DNA from: an uncultured delta proteobacterium
Lineage (GTDB): Bacteria; Myxococcota; Myxococcia; SLRQ01
NCBI GenBank assembly: GCA_963727485.1
Contig: CAVSGM010000005.1
Coordinates: 64,001-128,000, forward strand
Reading direction: 5' to 3'
Length of the DNA: 64,000 bases
Shown: positions 1-8,781 of the stretch, piece after piece
How the letters are laid out: each line of letters opens with the position of its first letter
Numbering within the stretch: position 1 is the first letter of the stretch
The notes under the pieces: model-generated
Database searches by the model: none
The model's input: the letters and a program-made list of their open reading frames with translations, nothing else
What the model was told of the DNA's origin: nothing
Translations under genes and position numbers: made by a program

Positions 1-28
1 GTGGGGTGCCATGGTGCCCAGGTGGTAC

Positions 29-43
29 TCAAGGGGTGTGCCA
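29..43 (-). promoter_or_regulatory. Putative sigma54 (-24/-12) promoter for a minus-strand gene that may start at ATG 12 and run off the window
   Basis: Minus strand reads TGGCAC-ACCCC-TTGA; consensus is TGGCAC-N5-TTGC, so one mismatch at -12. Confidence 0.45.
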
Positions 44-239
44 CCCGGGGCTTGCCCGTCCACCCGCGTGATTCCAGGCGCTTGAAGCGAGTCCGGGGCC
101 CGGCGTCCTCGGCGGTGCGCCGGCGGCCGGACCGGGCGTCCGGTACGCGGACGGGACGTGCGGCACGCGGGCGGCTCCCCGTCGCAGCCCAAGGGAGGCG
201 CAGTGCCTGGGTGCCCACGCGCTCAACGGGCCCGCCCGG

Positions 240-689
240 TCAGCGCCCGGCCGGGGCCATCCAGGGCGCGGCCCAGGCGCCGAAGCCGGCCGCGTCTCCG
301 GCCGGGGCCCCGGCGCCCGGGGCTCCACCCGTCGCAGGCGGGGCCAGGGCGGCGTCGACCACCCGGGCCACCGCGGGGGGCAGGGCGGGGCCTGCCTCGA
401 CCCCGACGACGCGCGCCGGGAGCCGGCTCCGGGCGAAGGCCGGGACCGACTCGGGGGCCGGGAGCCGACCCTCGCCCACGGACTGCTCCAGGGCCGCGAG
501 GGCGGCGAGGCGTGCGAGGCGCGGGGCCAGGGGACCTCGGCCAAAGCCCGGCCCCGAGGGGCCGTCCCCGAGGCCCCCGAGGGCGTCGCCGAGGGCCGCG
601 GCCCGGCCGCCGGCGAGGGCGAGGGAGACCTTCTCGACGTCGGCGACGGCGCAGAGGCCCGGGGCCCTTGGCGACCGGCGGTGCCTCAC
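240..689 (-). CDS. Hypothetical protein downstream of sctJ (position where SctK-like genes usually sit)
   Basis: GTG start overlaps the sctJ stop (GTGA); it is the C-terminal part of ORF 240..1850 (VADVEKVSLALAGG...). No recognisable motif. Confidence 0.5.
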   Translation of the reverse strand: MRHRRSPRAPGLCAVADVEKVSLALAGGRAAALGDALGGLGDGPSGPGFGRGPLAPRLARLAALAALEQSVGEGRLPAPESVPAFARSRLPARVVGVEAGPALPPAVARVVDAALAPPATGGAPGAGAPAGDAAGFGAWAAPWMAPAGR

Positions 690-1429
690 CCCTCGGCCTC
701 CGCCGGGGGCGCCCGCCGGCGCAGGACCAGGACCCCGGCGAGGCAAAGGCCGAGCGCCACCGCGGTGCCGCCGCCGGCGAGGAGCCCGGCGGCCCTCAGG
801 TGCGGTGGCCGGGGCGGGGGCGCACCGGGCGCCGCCGCTTCGACCACCACCACCGTGACCGCGGCGGGATCGAGGCCCACCACGGCGCCGGCGACCAGGG
901 CCCGGACGGCCGGCTCCCGGCCCCGGAGGGCCGCGCCGGTGCCGGGGCGGGCCGAGAGGAGGACCGAGGCCTTGGCGGGCGCCGGGGGCGCGCGATCCCG
1001 GCCGGGGCCCGACACCGGGACCGGGAGGGCCAGGTGGACCCGGGCCTCCCGGACGCCGTCGAGGGCCTCGAGGGTGTGGGCCAGCTCCCCGGCGAGGGCC
1101 CGCTGGTACCGGGCCCGCTCCTCGACGCCGGTGGGCACCAGCCCCGGGTCCGCGAAGAGGGTGGCGAAGCCGCTCCCCTTGGGGCGGGGCAGGCCCGCGG
1201 CGTGGAGGATGGCCAGGGACCGCTCCAGGGCGCTTCCGGGGACGGTGACGTCGAAGCCGTCCCGGCCCGCGTCGACCTTCCGGGCGTCGATGCCGGCGCC
1301 GGCCAGCGCCTCGAGGGCGGCGTTGGCCTCGCCCTCGGCCCGGTGGGTGACCACCGGCTGGCGGCAGGCGCCCAGGAGGAGGGTCAGGGCGAGGAGCCAG
1401 AGGACGCGGCCTGGTGCGCGCATGATCAT
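686..1429 (-). CDS. sctJ: Type III secretion inner-membrane ring lipoprotein SctJ (YscJ/HrcJ family)
   Basis: Lipobox LLGAC; EANAALEAL..AGI; GLPR..GFATLF....LVPT..EERARY..AL.GEL..TL...DGV..ARVHL; AKASVLL; C-terminal TM plus RRR. Confidence 0.9.
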   Translation of the reverse strand: MIMRAPGRVLWLLALTLLLGACRQPVVTHRAEGEANAALEALAGAGIDARKVDAGRDGFDVTVPGSALERSLAILHAAGLPRPKGSGFATLFADPGLVPTGVEERARYQRALAGELAHTLEALDGVREARVHLALPVPVSGPGRDRAPPAPAKASVLLSARPGTGAALRGREPAVRALVAGAVVGLDPAAVTVVVVEAAAPGAPPPRPPHLRAAGLLAGGGTAVALGLCLAGVLVLRRRAPPAEAEG

Positions 1430-1869
1430 ACCGGGGTCCGGAGGGTCTGCTGGACCGCGGCGCTGGTCTGCTCCACGGTCTTGGAGAAGAGCTGCACCGC
1501 CTCGGTGGCCCGATAGAGGCGGGCCTGGAGGCCGAGGAGCTCGGCGGGGGAGAAGGTGCGGCCCCGGCGCGCGGCCGCGACGGCGGTGTCGAGGCTCCGC
1601 TGTCCCTCGAGGGCCCGGTGGAGGAACGCGGCGCTCGCCCGCGCCGGGTCGACCTCGCCTGCAGGTGGCGCCACGGTGAGGTGGCCCTCGGGCGGGCCCA
1701 CGGCGGAGGCGGCGCGGGGCCCCGCGGCCGGGGCCCGGGCGGCGCCGGCCTCGGAGGCGCCCCTCGGCCCTTCGGCCTGGGCGAGCTGGGTCCGGAACCC
1801 ACCCCCGCCGCCGGAGGGCGAGGCGACGGGGGCGGGGCGGGCGATGGCACCGGGAGGCAGGACGGTCAT
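1426..1869 (-). CDS. SctI/HrpB2-like T3SS inner rod protein
   Basis: Disordered N-terminus; C-terminal FSPAELLGLQARLYRATEAVQLFSKTVEQTSAAVQQTL resembles the SctI C-terminal helix; ATGA overlap with sctJ. Confidence 0.75.
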   Translation of the reverse strand: MTVLPPGAIARPAPVASPSGGGGGFRTQLAQAEGPRGASEAGAARAPAAGPRAASAVGPPEGHLTVAPPAGEVDPARASAAFLHRALEGQRSLDTAVAAARRGRTFSPAELLGLQARLYRATEAVQLFSKTVEQTSAAVQQTLRTPV

Positions 1870-1873
1870 GGCG

Positions 1874-2263
1874 TCACCGGATGTTGGCGATGGCGTTCTT
1901 GGCCGCGTCGTGGCGGACCCGGAGGATGTTGCTGATGGCCGTGTACATCCGGCTCTCGCGCTGCATCCGCGCCTGGAGCAGGAGGTAGCGGGTGTCGAGG
2001 GCCTGGTTGCCGGCGAGGACGGCCGAGGTGGCGTCGGCCCCGGCTCCGGCGGGCGCGGCGTCGTGGCCGACCAGGTGCGAGAGCCCGGAGAGGGCGAGGG
2101 AGACCAGACCGGCGCCGGGGATCACCGCCCCGGCGGCTCGCGCCACGTCCGAGGCGACGGAGAGCCCGTCGGCCAGGTGGTCCCGGAAGCTGGTGGCGGG
2201 GTGGGGCGGGAGCCGGGGGTGGGCGAGGGTCGGGGCGGCGAGGGGATCGAGGTGGGCGTCCAT
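1874..2263 (-). CDS. SctF/pilin-like T3SS filament subunit candidate
   Basis: C-terminal LQARMQRESRMYTAISNILRVRHDAAKNAIANIR resembles needle-subunit C-termini (PrgI-type SN..K...D....IIQNFR); first gene ahead of sctI-sctJ; GGAGG SD. Confidence 0.6.
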   Translation of the reverse strand: MDAHLDPLAAPTLAHPRLPPHPATSFRDHLADGLSVASDVARAAGAVIPGAGLVSLALSGLSHLVGHDAAPAGAGADATSAVLAGNQALDTRYLLLQARMQRESRMYTAISNILRVRHDAAKNAIANIR

Positions 2264-2296
2264 GGCGTTCCTCCGAAGGGTTCGCCCCCGGAGTCT

Positions 2297-2311
2297 TCAG
2301 GGACCGTGCCA
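2297..2311 (-). promoter_or_regulatory. Putative sigma54 promoter of the T3SS operon
   Basis: Minus strand TGGCAC-GGTCC-CTGA, about 35 nt upstream of ATG 2263. Confidence 0.45.
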
Positions 2312-2427
2312 CCGATGCCACCACCGGATCTCCAGCGGTTGCGCGGCCCCGGGCCCCCCGGCCCGGCCGGTCCCCGGACCGCCGGTCCCACATCCGGTCA
2401 CCGCCTTGGCGCTGGCCGTCCCGGCGC

Positions 2428-3405
2428 CTACCGCGTACCCACGGCCCCGAGGCTCATCCGGCGCGTCGCCGGCACCTCGGCGACCCGGTCGCCCCCGGCC
2501 CCCTCGGCGATGCGCAGGGCCTCGCTGGCCTCGCGGGCCAGGCTGGCGAAGGAGATCTCCCCGCGCCCGTCGTAGGCGGCGAGGCCGATGCTCACGGTGG
2601 TCCCCACCTTCTGGCGCCCCTGGGAGAGCCGGGTGCGTCGGAGCTGGCGCCGCAGCCGCTCGGCCACGGTCCGCCCGCCCCGGCGCGGGGTGTGGGGCAT
2701 GAGCACGAGGTAGGTGTCGCCGCGGAAGGTCACCGGGAGGTCGAGGTCGCGCACGGTCCGCGAGATCACCCGCTGGAGCCCCCCGGTGAGGGTGTCGGCG
2801 ACCTCGGCCCCGTGACGCTGGCGGATCCCCGCCAGCCCGTCGAAGGAGACGATGAGGACGGTGAACGGATAGCGGTAGCGCCGGGCGCGCTTCACCTCGG
2901 CGGCGAGCATCGGCTTGAAGCGCTCGAAGCGGTAGAACCCCGTCGCCGGGTCGATGGCGCCGCGCTCCTGGTCGAGGGCGGAGGTCCGGGCGAGACGCCG
3001 GGCCAGGGTCCCGGCCCGAAGGAAGCCCTGGGCCGCCGCCGCCAGGGCCACGTAGGCCACCGGCCGGGTCACCCAGGCGTCGGCGCCGTCCCGCGAGGCC
3101 GCCGCCGCCGGGTTCCGGGTGCCGCTCGGGAGCACCAGCAGCCGCGGGGGCACGACGTCCAGGGTGGAGAGCCGCTCGAGCCCCTCGACGTCGGCGCCGT
3201 GGATCACCAGGTCCACCGGCGCGTCCATTGCGGCCTCGAGGGCGGCGCCCAGGGTGTCGGCGCCGTGGGCGGTCACCCCGGCGTCGGCCAGGGCCTTCAC
3301 GGCCCGGGTCACGAAGGTCCGGTTGGTGTCCACCACCAGGACCACGCCGCCTGGATCCTGAGCCAGCATCCCGAAGGAATCTGTGACCGGTGCGCGTCGA
3401 GGCAA
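2428..3405 (-). CDS. Pseudo-receiver plus degenerate GGDEF protein
   Basis: REC-like N-terminus without the acceptor Asp (LVIHGAD); DPATGFY GGDEF entry; RDLD I-site; active site reads RGDTY; TVSIG. Start uncertain (TTG 3405 or ATG 3369). Confidence 0.8.
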   Translation of the reverse strand: MPRRAPVTDSFGMLAQDPGGVVLVVDTNRTFVTRAVKALADAGVTAHGADTLGAALEAAMDAPVDLVIHGADVEGLERLSTLDVVPPRLLVLPSGTRNPAAAASRDGADAWVTRPVAYVALAAAAQGFLRAGTLARRLARTSALDQERGAIDPATGFYRFERFKPMLAAEVKRARRYRYPFTVLIVSFDGLAGIRQRHGAEVADTLTGGLQRVISRTVRDLDLPVTFRGDTYLVLMPHTPRRGGRTVAERLRRQLRRTRLSQGRQKVGTTVSIGLAAYDGRGEISFASLAREASEALRIAEGAGGDRVAEVPATRRMSLGAVGTR

Positions 3406-3423
3406 CCGTGGCCCTCCCCCCGG

Positions 3424-4353
3424 TCAGTAGACGATGCAGTTGCCGCCGCGTTTCCTCGCGTGCCGCAGGGCCCGGGTGGCGGTCTTCACCAGCCGCGAGA
3501 AGGTGGGGTCCTTCAGCTGGCTGGTGGCGCACACGCCCATGGAGAGGGTGGGGTTGAAGCTGGTGTCCCCGGCGCGGATCCGGCTGTGCTTGATCACCGA
3601 GCGCACCCGCTTGGCGACGGTCACGCCCCCCTCGAGGTCGGTGTGGGGCATGAGGACCAGGACGTTCTCCGGGGTGTAGCTCACCGGGAGGTCGGTCTCG
3701 CGGATGGACCGGCGCACCGCCAGGGCCAGGCCCCCGTAGAGCTCGTCGGCGACGCCGTCCTCGGTGAGCGCCCCGTCGTCGAGGCTCGACCGGTCGTAGG
3801 CGATGAGCATCACCGCCAGGGGGTAGCCGTGGCGGCGGGTGCGCTTCACCTCGACGTAGAGCGCCTCCTTGAAGTAGCCGAAGGTGTAGAAGCCGGTCCG
3901 GGCGTCGCGCAGGCCGGTGTCGCTCCCCCGCGCCGGCGGCCCCACCTCGCCCTGGAGCCTGGCGAGGCGCTGCTTGAGCCGGTGGATGAGGACCATGTCC
4001 CGGACGCACCCGAGGAGCTCGCTCTTCTTCAGGGGGCGCTTGAGGTGGTTCTCGGCGCCGGCCTCGAAGCAGGCGGTGACCTGCTGCTCGTCGGCCCGGG
4101 AGAACATCAGGACGCAGGGCACGCTCGGGTCGTGGTCGCGCTTGACGGCGCGGACCAGGCGGTAGCCGTCGCCGCCCTCGAGGCGGACCCCGGAGAGGAC
4201 CACGTCGGGGCCGAAGCGGGACAGGCCCCGGGCGGCGCCGGCGAGGTCGGTGACGGTGTGGACCTGGTAACCGGCGCCCTCGAGGATCTCCCGGGTGCGC
4301 TCCAGGAACCGCGGGTTGTGGTCCGCGATGAGGATCTTCTCCCGGGAGGCCAT
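3424..4353 (-). CDS. Pseudo-receiver plus degenerate GGDEF protein (paralogue)
   Basis: Starts MASREKILIADHNP; acceptor position reads VVLSG; DARTGFY; RETD I-site; active site reads TPENV; TLSMG. Confidence 0.85.
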   Translation of the reverse strand: MASREKILIADHNPRFLERTREILEGAGYQVHTVTDLAGAARGLSRFGPDVVLSGVRLEGGDGYRLVRAVKRDHDPSVPCVLMFSRADEQQVTACFEAGAENHLKRPLKKSELLGCVRDMVLIHRLKQRLARLQGEVGPPARGSDTGLRDARTGFYTFGYFKEALYVEVKRTRRHGYPLAVMLIAYDRSSLDDGALTEDGVADELYGGLALAVRRSIRETDLPVSYTPENVLVLMPHTDLEGGVTVAKRVRSVIKHSRIRAGDTSFNPTLSMGVCATSQLKDPTFSRLVKTATRALRHARKRGGNCIVY

Positions 4354-4438
4354 TCTCGGTGCGATTCTACGGGGGCGAGAGCGGGTCGGCAAAATCCTGG
4401 CCGCGGCGTTCGTGGCCCGGGACCGCTTCGTGCGCATG

Positions 4439-4478
4439 GTTGACTGGCGAGTCAACGTCTGTTTGACTCCCGGGTCAA
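4439..4478. promoter_or_regulatory. Tandem palindromic operator (TetR-like) in a divergent intergenic region
   Basis: GTTGACT-GGCG-AGTCAAC (4439-4456) and TTGAC-TCCCGG-GTCAA (4463-4478), just upstream of the acyl-CoA dehydrogenase. Confidence 0.65.
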
Positions 4479-4504
4479 CACACCCCCCGACACCGGAGGC
4501 CGCC

Positions 4505-5650
4505 ATGGGGTTCGAGGAGAAGTTCACCGAGCAGCACCAGATGTTCCGCAAGACGGTGCGCGACTTCGCCGAGAAGGAGATCGCGCCCCACTCCCTGGAG
4601 TGGGACCGCGAGGGCATCTTCCCGCGCGAGGTGTTCAAGAAGGCCGGCGAGCTGGGCCTCCTGGGGATCAACAAGGGCGAGGACGTCGGCGGCTCGGCCC
4701 TCGACTACTGGTACACCGTCGCCTACGCCGAGGAGCTCGCTCGGGGCCGCAACGCCGGGGTGGGGATGGCGCTGCTGGTCCAGAGCGACATGGCCACGCC
4801 GATCATCGACCAGATGGGCAGCGACGAGGTGAAGCAGGAGTTCCTGGTCCCCGCCATCCAGGGCGAGAAGATCGCCGCGCTGGGGGTCACCGAGCCCGAC
4901 GCCGGCTCCGACGTGGCGAACCTGCGCACCACCGCCCGGCGCGACGGCGACGACTACGTGCTCAACGGCCAGAAGACCTACATCACCAACGGCACCCGCG
5001 CCGACTTCGTGACCATGGCGGTGCGCACCGGCGACCCGGGCTACGGGGGCATCTCCTTCGTGGTGGTGCCCACCGACGCCAAGGGCTTCCAGGTGGCCAA
5101 GAAGCTCGACAAGGTCGGCAACCTCGCCAGCGACACCGCCGAGCTCTTCCTCGAGGACGTGCGCGTGCCGGTGCGCTACCGCCTTGGGGAGGAGAACCAG
5201 GGCTTCCAGATGATCATGAGCAACTTCCAGGGCGAGCGCCTCGCCGCCGCCATCACCGCCGTCGCGGGGATGGACCTCATGATCGACGACGCCATCGCCT
5301 ACGGGCGCGAGCGCCAGGCCTTCGGCCGGCCCATCCTCAAGTTCCAGGTGTGGCGCCACAAGTTCGCCGAGCTCACCTCGCTCATCGAGGCGGCGCGGCA
5401 GCTCACCTACATGGCCTGCGACCGCTTCGACCGGGAGCTCTACCCGGTCAAGGAGATCTCCATGGCCAAGCTCGTCGCCGGGGACCTCGCCCAGCGGGTG
5501 GCCTACGACTGCATGCAGTTCCACGGCGGCAACGGCTACATGGAGGAGTACCCCATCGCCCGGGCGTTCCGGGACGTGCGGCTCATCACCATCGGCGGCG
5601 GGACCAGCGAGGTGATGAAGGAGATCATCTCCAAGCTGCAGGGGCTCTAG
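4505..5650 (+). CDS. Acyl-CoA dehydrogenase
   Basis: ALGVTEPDAGSDV, YVLNGQKTYITNG, RQAFGRPI..FQ, QFHGGNGYMEEYPIARAFRD, IGGGTSEVM; GGAGG SD. Confidence 0.95.
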   Translation: MGFEEKFTEQHQMFRKTVRDFAEKEIAPHSLEWDREGIFPREVFKKAGELGLLGINKGEDVGGSALDYWYTVAYAEELARGRNAGVGMALLVQSDMATPIIDQMGSDEVKQEFLVPAIQGEKIAALGVTEPDAGSDVANLRTTARRDGDDYVLNGQKTYITNGTRADFVTMAVRTGDPGYGGISFVVVPTDAKGFQVAKKLDKVGNLASDTAELFLEDVRVPVRYRLGEENQGFQMIMSNFQGERLAAAITAVAGMDLMIDDAIAYGRERQAFGRPILKFQVWRHKFAELTSLIEAARQLTYMACDRFDRELYPVKEISMAKLVAGDLAQRVAYDCMQFHGGNGYMEEYPIARAFRDVRLITIGGGTSEVMKEIISKLQGL

Positions 5651-5755
5651 GCTCGCGGGCGCCGGGGTGGCGCGCGGTTGATCCCGCGTGGGATGGGCCG
5701 CAAGGTGAGGGCCGGGTTCTCACCGCCCACTCGCACCTCACCTCGGAGACCCATC

Positions 5756-7159
5756 ATGACCGCGCGCATCGCCTCGGTGCGGGGGCCCCTGGCCCTCGCC
5801 CTCGCCGCCACCCTCGTCGCCGGCTGCAGCTCCGGCCTCACCGCGAGCCAGGACGACACCGCCGACCAGGCGGCCGCGGCGAAGCTCCAGTCGCAGCTCG
5901 ACGCCTTGAAGCAGGACCTGGCGGCGACGAAGAAGGCCCTGGCCGACGCCCAGGCGCAGATCGACGCCAACCAGAAGGCGGCGGCGAAGGCCCAGGGCGA
6001 CGCGACGAAGGCCGAGGCGGATGCGACTCAGGCCGAGGGCGACGCCACCAAGGCCCAGCAGGCCGCCGACGCCAACGCCAGCGCCATGGCCCAGGGCAAC
6101 GCCAGCGACATCCAGGCCAACACCGGCGACATCCAGGCGAACCAGGCGGCCACCCAGACCAACGCCGCGGCCGCCGCGGCGAACGGGAAGGCCATCGCCA
6201 AGAACACCCAGGCCGTCGCCAAGAACACCCAGGCCGTCGCCAAGAACACCCAGGCCGTCGCCGCCCTCGACACCCTCACCGCGCCCATGACGCGGCACAC
6301 CGACCCCGACGGCAACGACGCCATGGTGTTCACCGGGGTCAACGTCTACATCCAGGACGGCAGCGGGGCGACCGACGGCTCGCCGAACGGGGTGGGCAAC
6401 CTCATCCTCGGCTACGACGAGGATCCCTCCCACGCCGCCATCCACACCGGCTCCCACAACCTCATCCTCGGGACCGGCGATACCTACACCAGCTACGGCG
6501 CCATCGTCAGCGGTGTGAACAACACCGCGCGGGCGCCCTACGCGGCGGTCCTCGCCGGCCAACGGGGCAAGGCCACCGGGGCCTTCGCCTCCGTGATCGG
6601 GGGCCAGGCGAACACGGCGAGCGGGACGGGCGCGGTGGTCCTGGGAGGCGAGATCGGCATGGCCACCGGGTCCGGCTCGGTGGTCGGCGGGGGGCACGTC
6701 AACCAGGCCGTTGGCAAGGACGCGACGGTGACCGGAGGCTCGGGGAACTTTGCCACCGGGACGTATGCCAGCGTCAGTGGAGGCGAGGGCAACATGGCCA
6801 CCAGCCAGGGCGCCTCGGTGAGTGGCGGCTCGGGGAACAGCGCCGGGGCCCAGGATGCCTCGGTGAGCGGCGGCTACAAGAACACGGTCTCCGGGCTCGC
6901 CGCCTCCGCGACCGGGGGCGACGGCAACTCGGTCCTCGGAACCTACTCCGTCGTCAGCGGGGGGCACGGCAACTCGACCATCGGCGACGACGCCACGGTG
7001 GCCGGGGGGCAGAGCAACGTCGCCACCGGCCCGAGCTCCGCGGTGAGCGGCGGGTACCAGAACCAGACCACGGGGCAGTTCTCGACGGTCGGCGGTGGCG
7101 CGAACCTCCTCGAGCCCAGCCTCTACGGCTGGACGGTGGGGGCCTACCACTCGCCTTGA
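5756..7159 (+). CDS. Lipoprotein with coiled-coil stalk and Gly-rich beta-helix repeat head (fibre/adhesin-like)
   Basis: Lipobox LVAGC; Ala/Gln heptads; FTGVNVYIQDGSG..NGVGNLILGYDE..GSHNLILG; many ~14-aa SVSGGxxNxAxG repeats. Confidence 0.8.
   Translation: MTARIASVRGPLALALAATLVAGCSSGLTASQDDTADQAAAAKLQSQLDALKQDLAATKKALADAQAQIDANQKAAAKAQGDATKAEADATQAEGDATKAQQAADANASAMAQGNASDIQANTGDIQANQAATQTNAAAAAANGKAIAKNTQAVAKNTQAVAKNTQAVAALDTLTAPMTRHTDPDGNDAMVFTGVNVYIQDGSGATDGSPNGVGNLILGYDEDPSHAAIHTGSHNLILGTGDTYTSYGAIVSGVNNTARAPYAAVLAGQRGKATGAFASVIGGQANTASGTGAVVLGGEIGMATGSGSVVGGGHVNQAVGKDATVTGGSGNFATGTYASVSGGEGNMATSQGASVSGGSGNSAGAQDASVSGGYKNTVSGLAASATGGDGNSVLGTYSVVSGGHGNSTIGDDATVAGGQSNVATGPSSAVSGGYQNQTTGQFSTVGGGANLLEPSLYGWTVGAYHSP
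6197..6259 (+). repeat. 21-bp perfect tandem repeat x3 encoding the heptad AKNTQAV
   Basis: gccaagaacacccaggccgtc repeated three times in frame. Confidence 0.95.
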
Positions 7160-7193
7160 CGGAGCGGCGGGCGGGCGTCAGCGTGGGGTCGCC

Positions 7194-7517
7194 ATGGAAG
7201 ACGCCGTCGTCGCCCTCGTCACCGCCCCCGATGAAGCCACCGCCGCCTCGCTGGCCCGCGCCTTCGTGGAGGCGCGGCTCGCCGCCTGCGTGAACCTGGT
7301 CCCGCGGATCCGGAGCATCTACCGGTGGCAGGACCGGGTGGAGGACGAGGCCGAGGTCCTGATGATCGTGAAGACCCGGCGGGCGCTGGTGGCGGCCCTC
7401 GAGACCCGGCTCCTCGAGCTGCACCCCTACGACACCCCGGAGCTGCTGGTGCTGCCGGTCGAGCACGGGGCCCCGGACTACCTCGCGTGGATCGCGGAGG
7501 AGACGGGGGCGGGTTGA
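7194..7517 (+). CDS. cutA: Divalent-cation tolerance protein CutA
   Basis: LVTAP..A..LARAFVEARLAACVNLVP.I.SIYRWQ; HPYDTPE; YLAWI. Confidence 0.95.
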   Translation: MEDAVVALVTAPDEATAASLARAFVEARLAACVNLVPRIRSIYRWQDRVEDEAEVLMIVKTRRALVAALETRLLELHPYDTPELLVLPVEHGAPDYLAWIAEETGAG

Positions 7518-7550
7518 CCCCCTGGCGGCCTCGGGCTAGGTGGTCCTACC

Positions 7551-8715
7551 ATGCACCGCCCCAGCTCGAATCCTCCCCAGCGTCGTGTGCTCCCGGCGCG
7601 TTCGTCCGCCTTCCTCCTCGTCGGGACCCTGCTCGTCTCCGCCTGTGGTGGGGGCGCGACCCCGGCGACCAACGACAGCGCCAGCGACCAGCAGGCCATC
7701 GCCAAGCTCCAGTCGCAGATCGACGCGCTGCAGAAGGCCCTCGACGCGGCGAAGGCGGACATCGCCGCGAACAAGACGGCGCTGGCGACGGCCCAGGGCC
7801 AGATCGCGGCCAACCAGGCGGACGCAGCGGCGGCCAAGCAGGACGCCTCGGACGCCATGACGAGCGCGACCGCGGCGGCGAGCACGGCGAACGCGGCGCA
7901 GACGGCTGCCGACGCCGCCCAGAGCAGCGTCGGCGGCCGACGCCGCCCAGAGCTCGGCCGACGCCGCGAGCCAGGCCGCGAGCCAGAACGCCACGGCCAT
8001 CGCCAGCGCCCAGGGGGACATCCAGACGAACGCCACGGCCATCGCCAGCAACACGAGCGACGTCCAGACCAACGCGACGGCCGTCTCGGCGCTCCAGTCG
8101 CTGACCCAGGACATGACCCGGGGCTCGGACGCCAGCGGCTACCCGTCGGTGTACTTCACCGGCGTGAACGTCTACGTGCAGAGCGGGTCGGGCAGTACCG
8201 AGGGCGCGGTGAACGGGGTCGGCAACCTGATCGTCGGTTACGACGAGTCGTCGTCGCAGTCGGTGCGCACGGGCTCGCACAACCTGATCGTCGGGGACTA
8301 CGCCTCCTACAGCAGCTACGGCGCGCTCGTCGTTGGATCCAACAACACCTCCTCGAACTCCTTCGCTTCCGTCGTGGGGGGCACGGGCAACTCGGCGACG
8401 GGTCCGTTCAGCACCGTGGTTGGTGGGGAAGGTGGGAAGGCGCCGGGCGGTTTCAGCTGCGTCGTCGGGGGATCCTTTTCGACAGCGTCCGGCTCCCACA
8501 GCGCGACGGTTGGGGGGGACACCAACCTCGCCTCGGGCGACTACAGCGTGGTGAGTGGTGGCTGGCAGAACACGGCCTCCGAGCACGCCAGCGTCGTCGC
8601 CGGTGGCGAGAGCAACACGGCCTCGGGCCAATACAGCGCCGTCAGCGGCGGCAAGAACCGCAGCGCCCCCAACCTGGACAACTGGGCCGCCGGCAGCTAC
8701 AGCGCAGCCTACTGA
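7551..8715 (+). CDS. Second fibre-like lipoprotein paralogue, frameshifted near 7930
   Basis: Lipobox LVSAC and coiled coil in the 7551 frame continue in the 8113 frame with the same FTGVNVYVQSG/GVGNLIVGYDE/GSHNL motifs and VSGG repeats. Confidence 0.75.
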
Positions 8716-8781
8716 GGCCTTCCCCGCGACGGCCACCGGCGACCCGTTGCCTCCCCGGGGTCGCCGCCCCACCTTCTGGGC

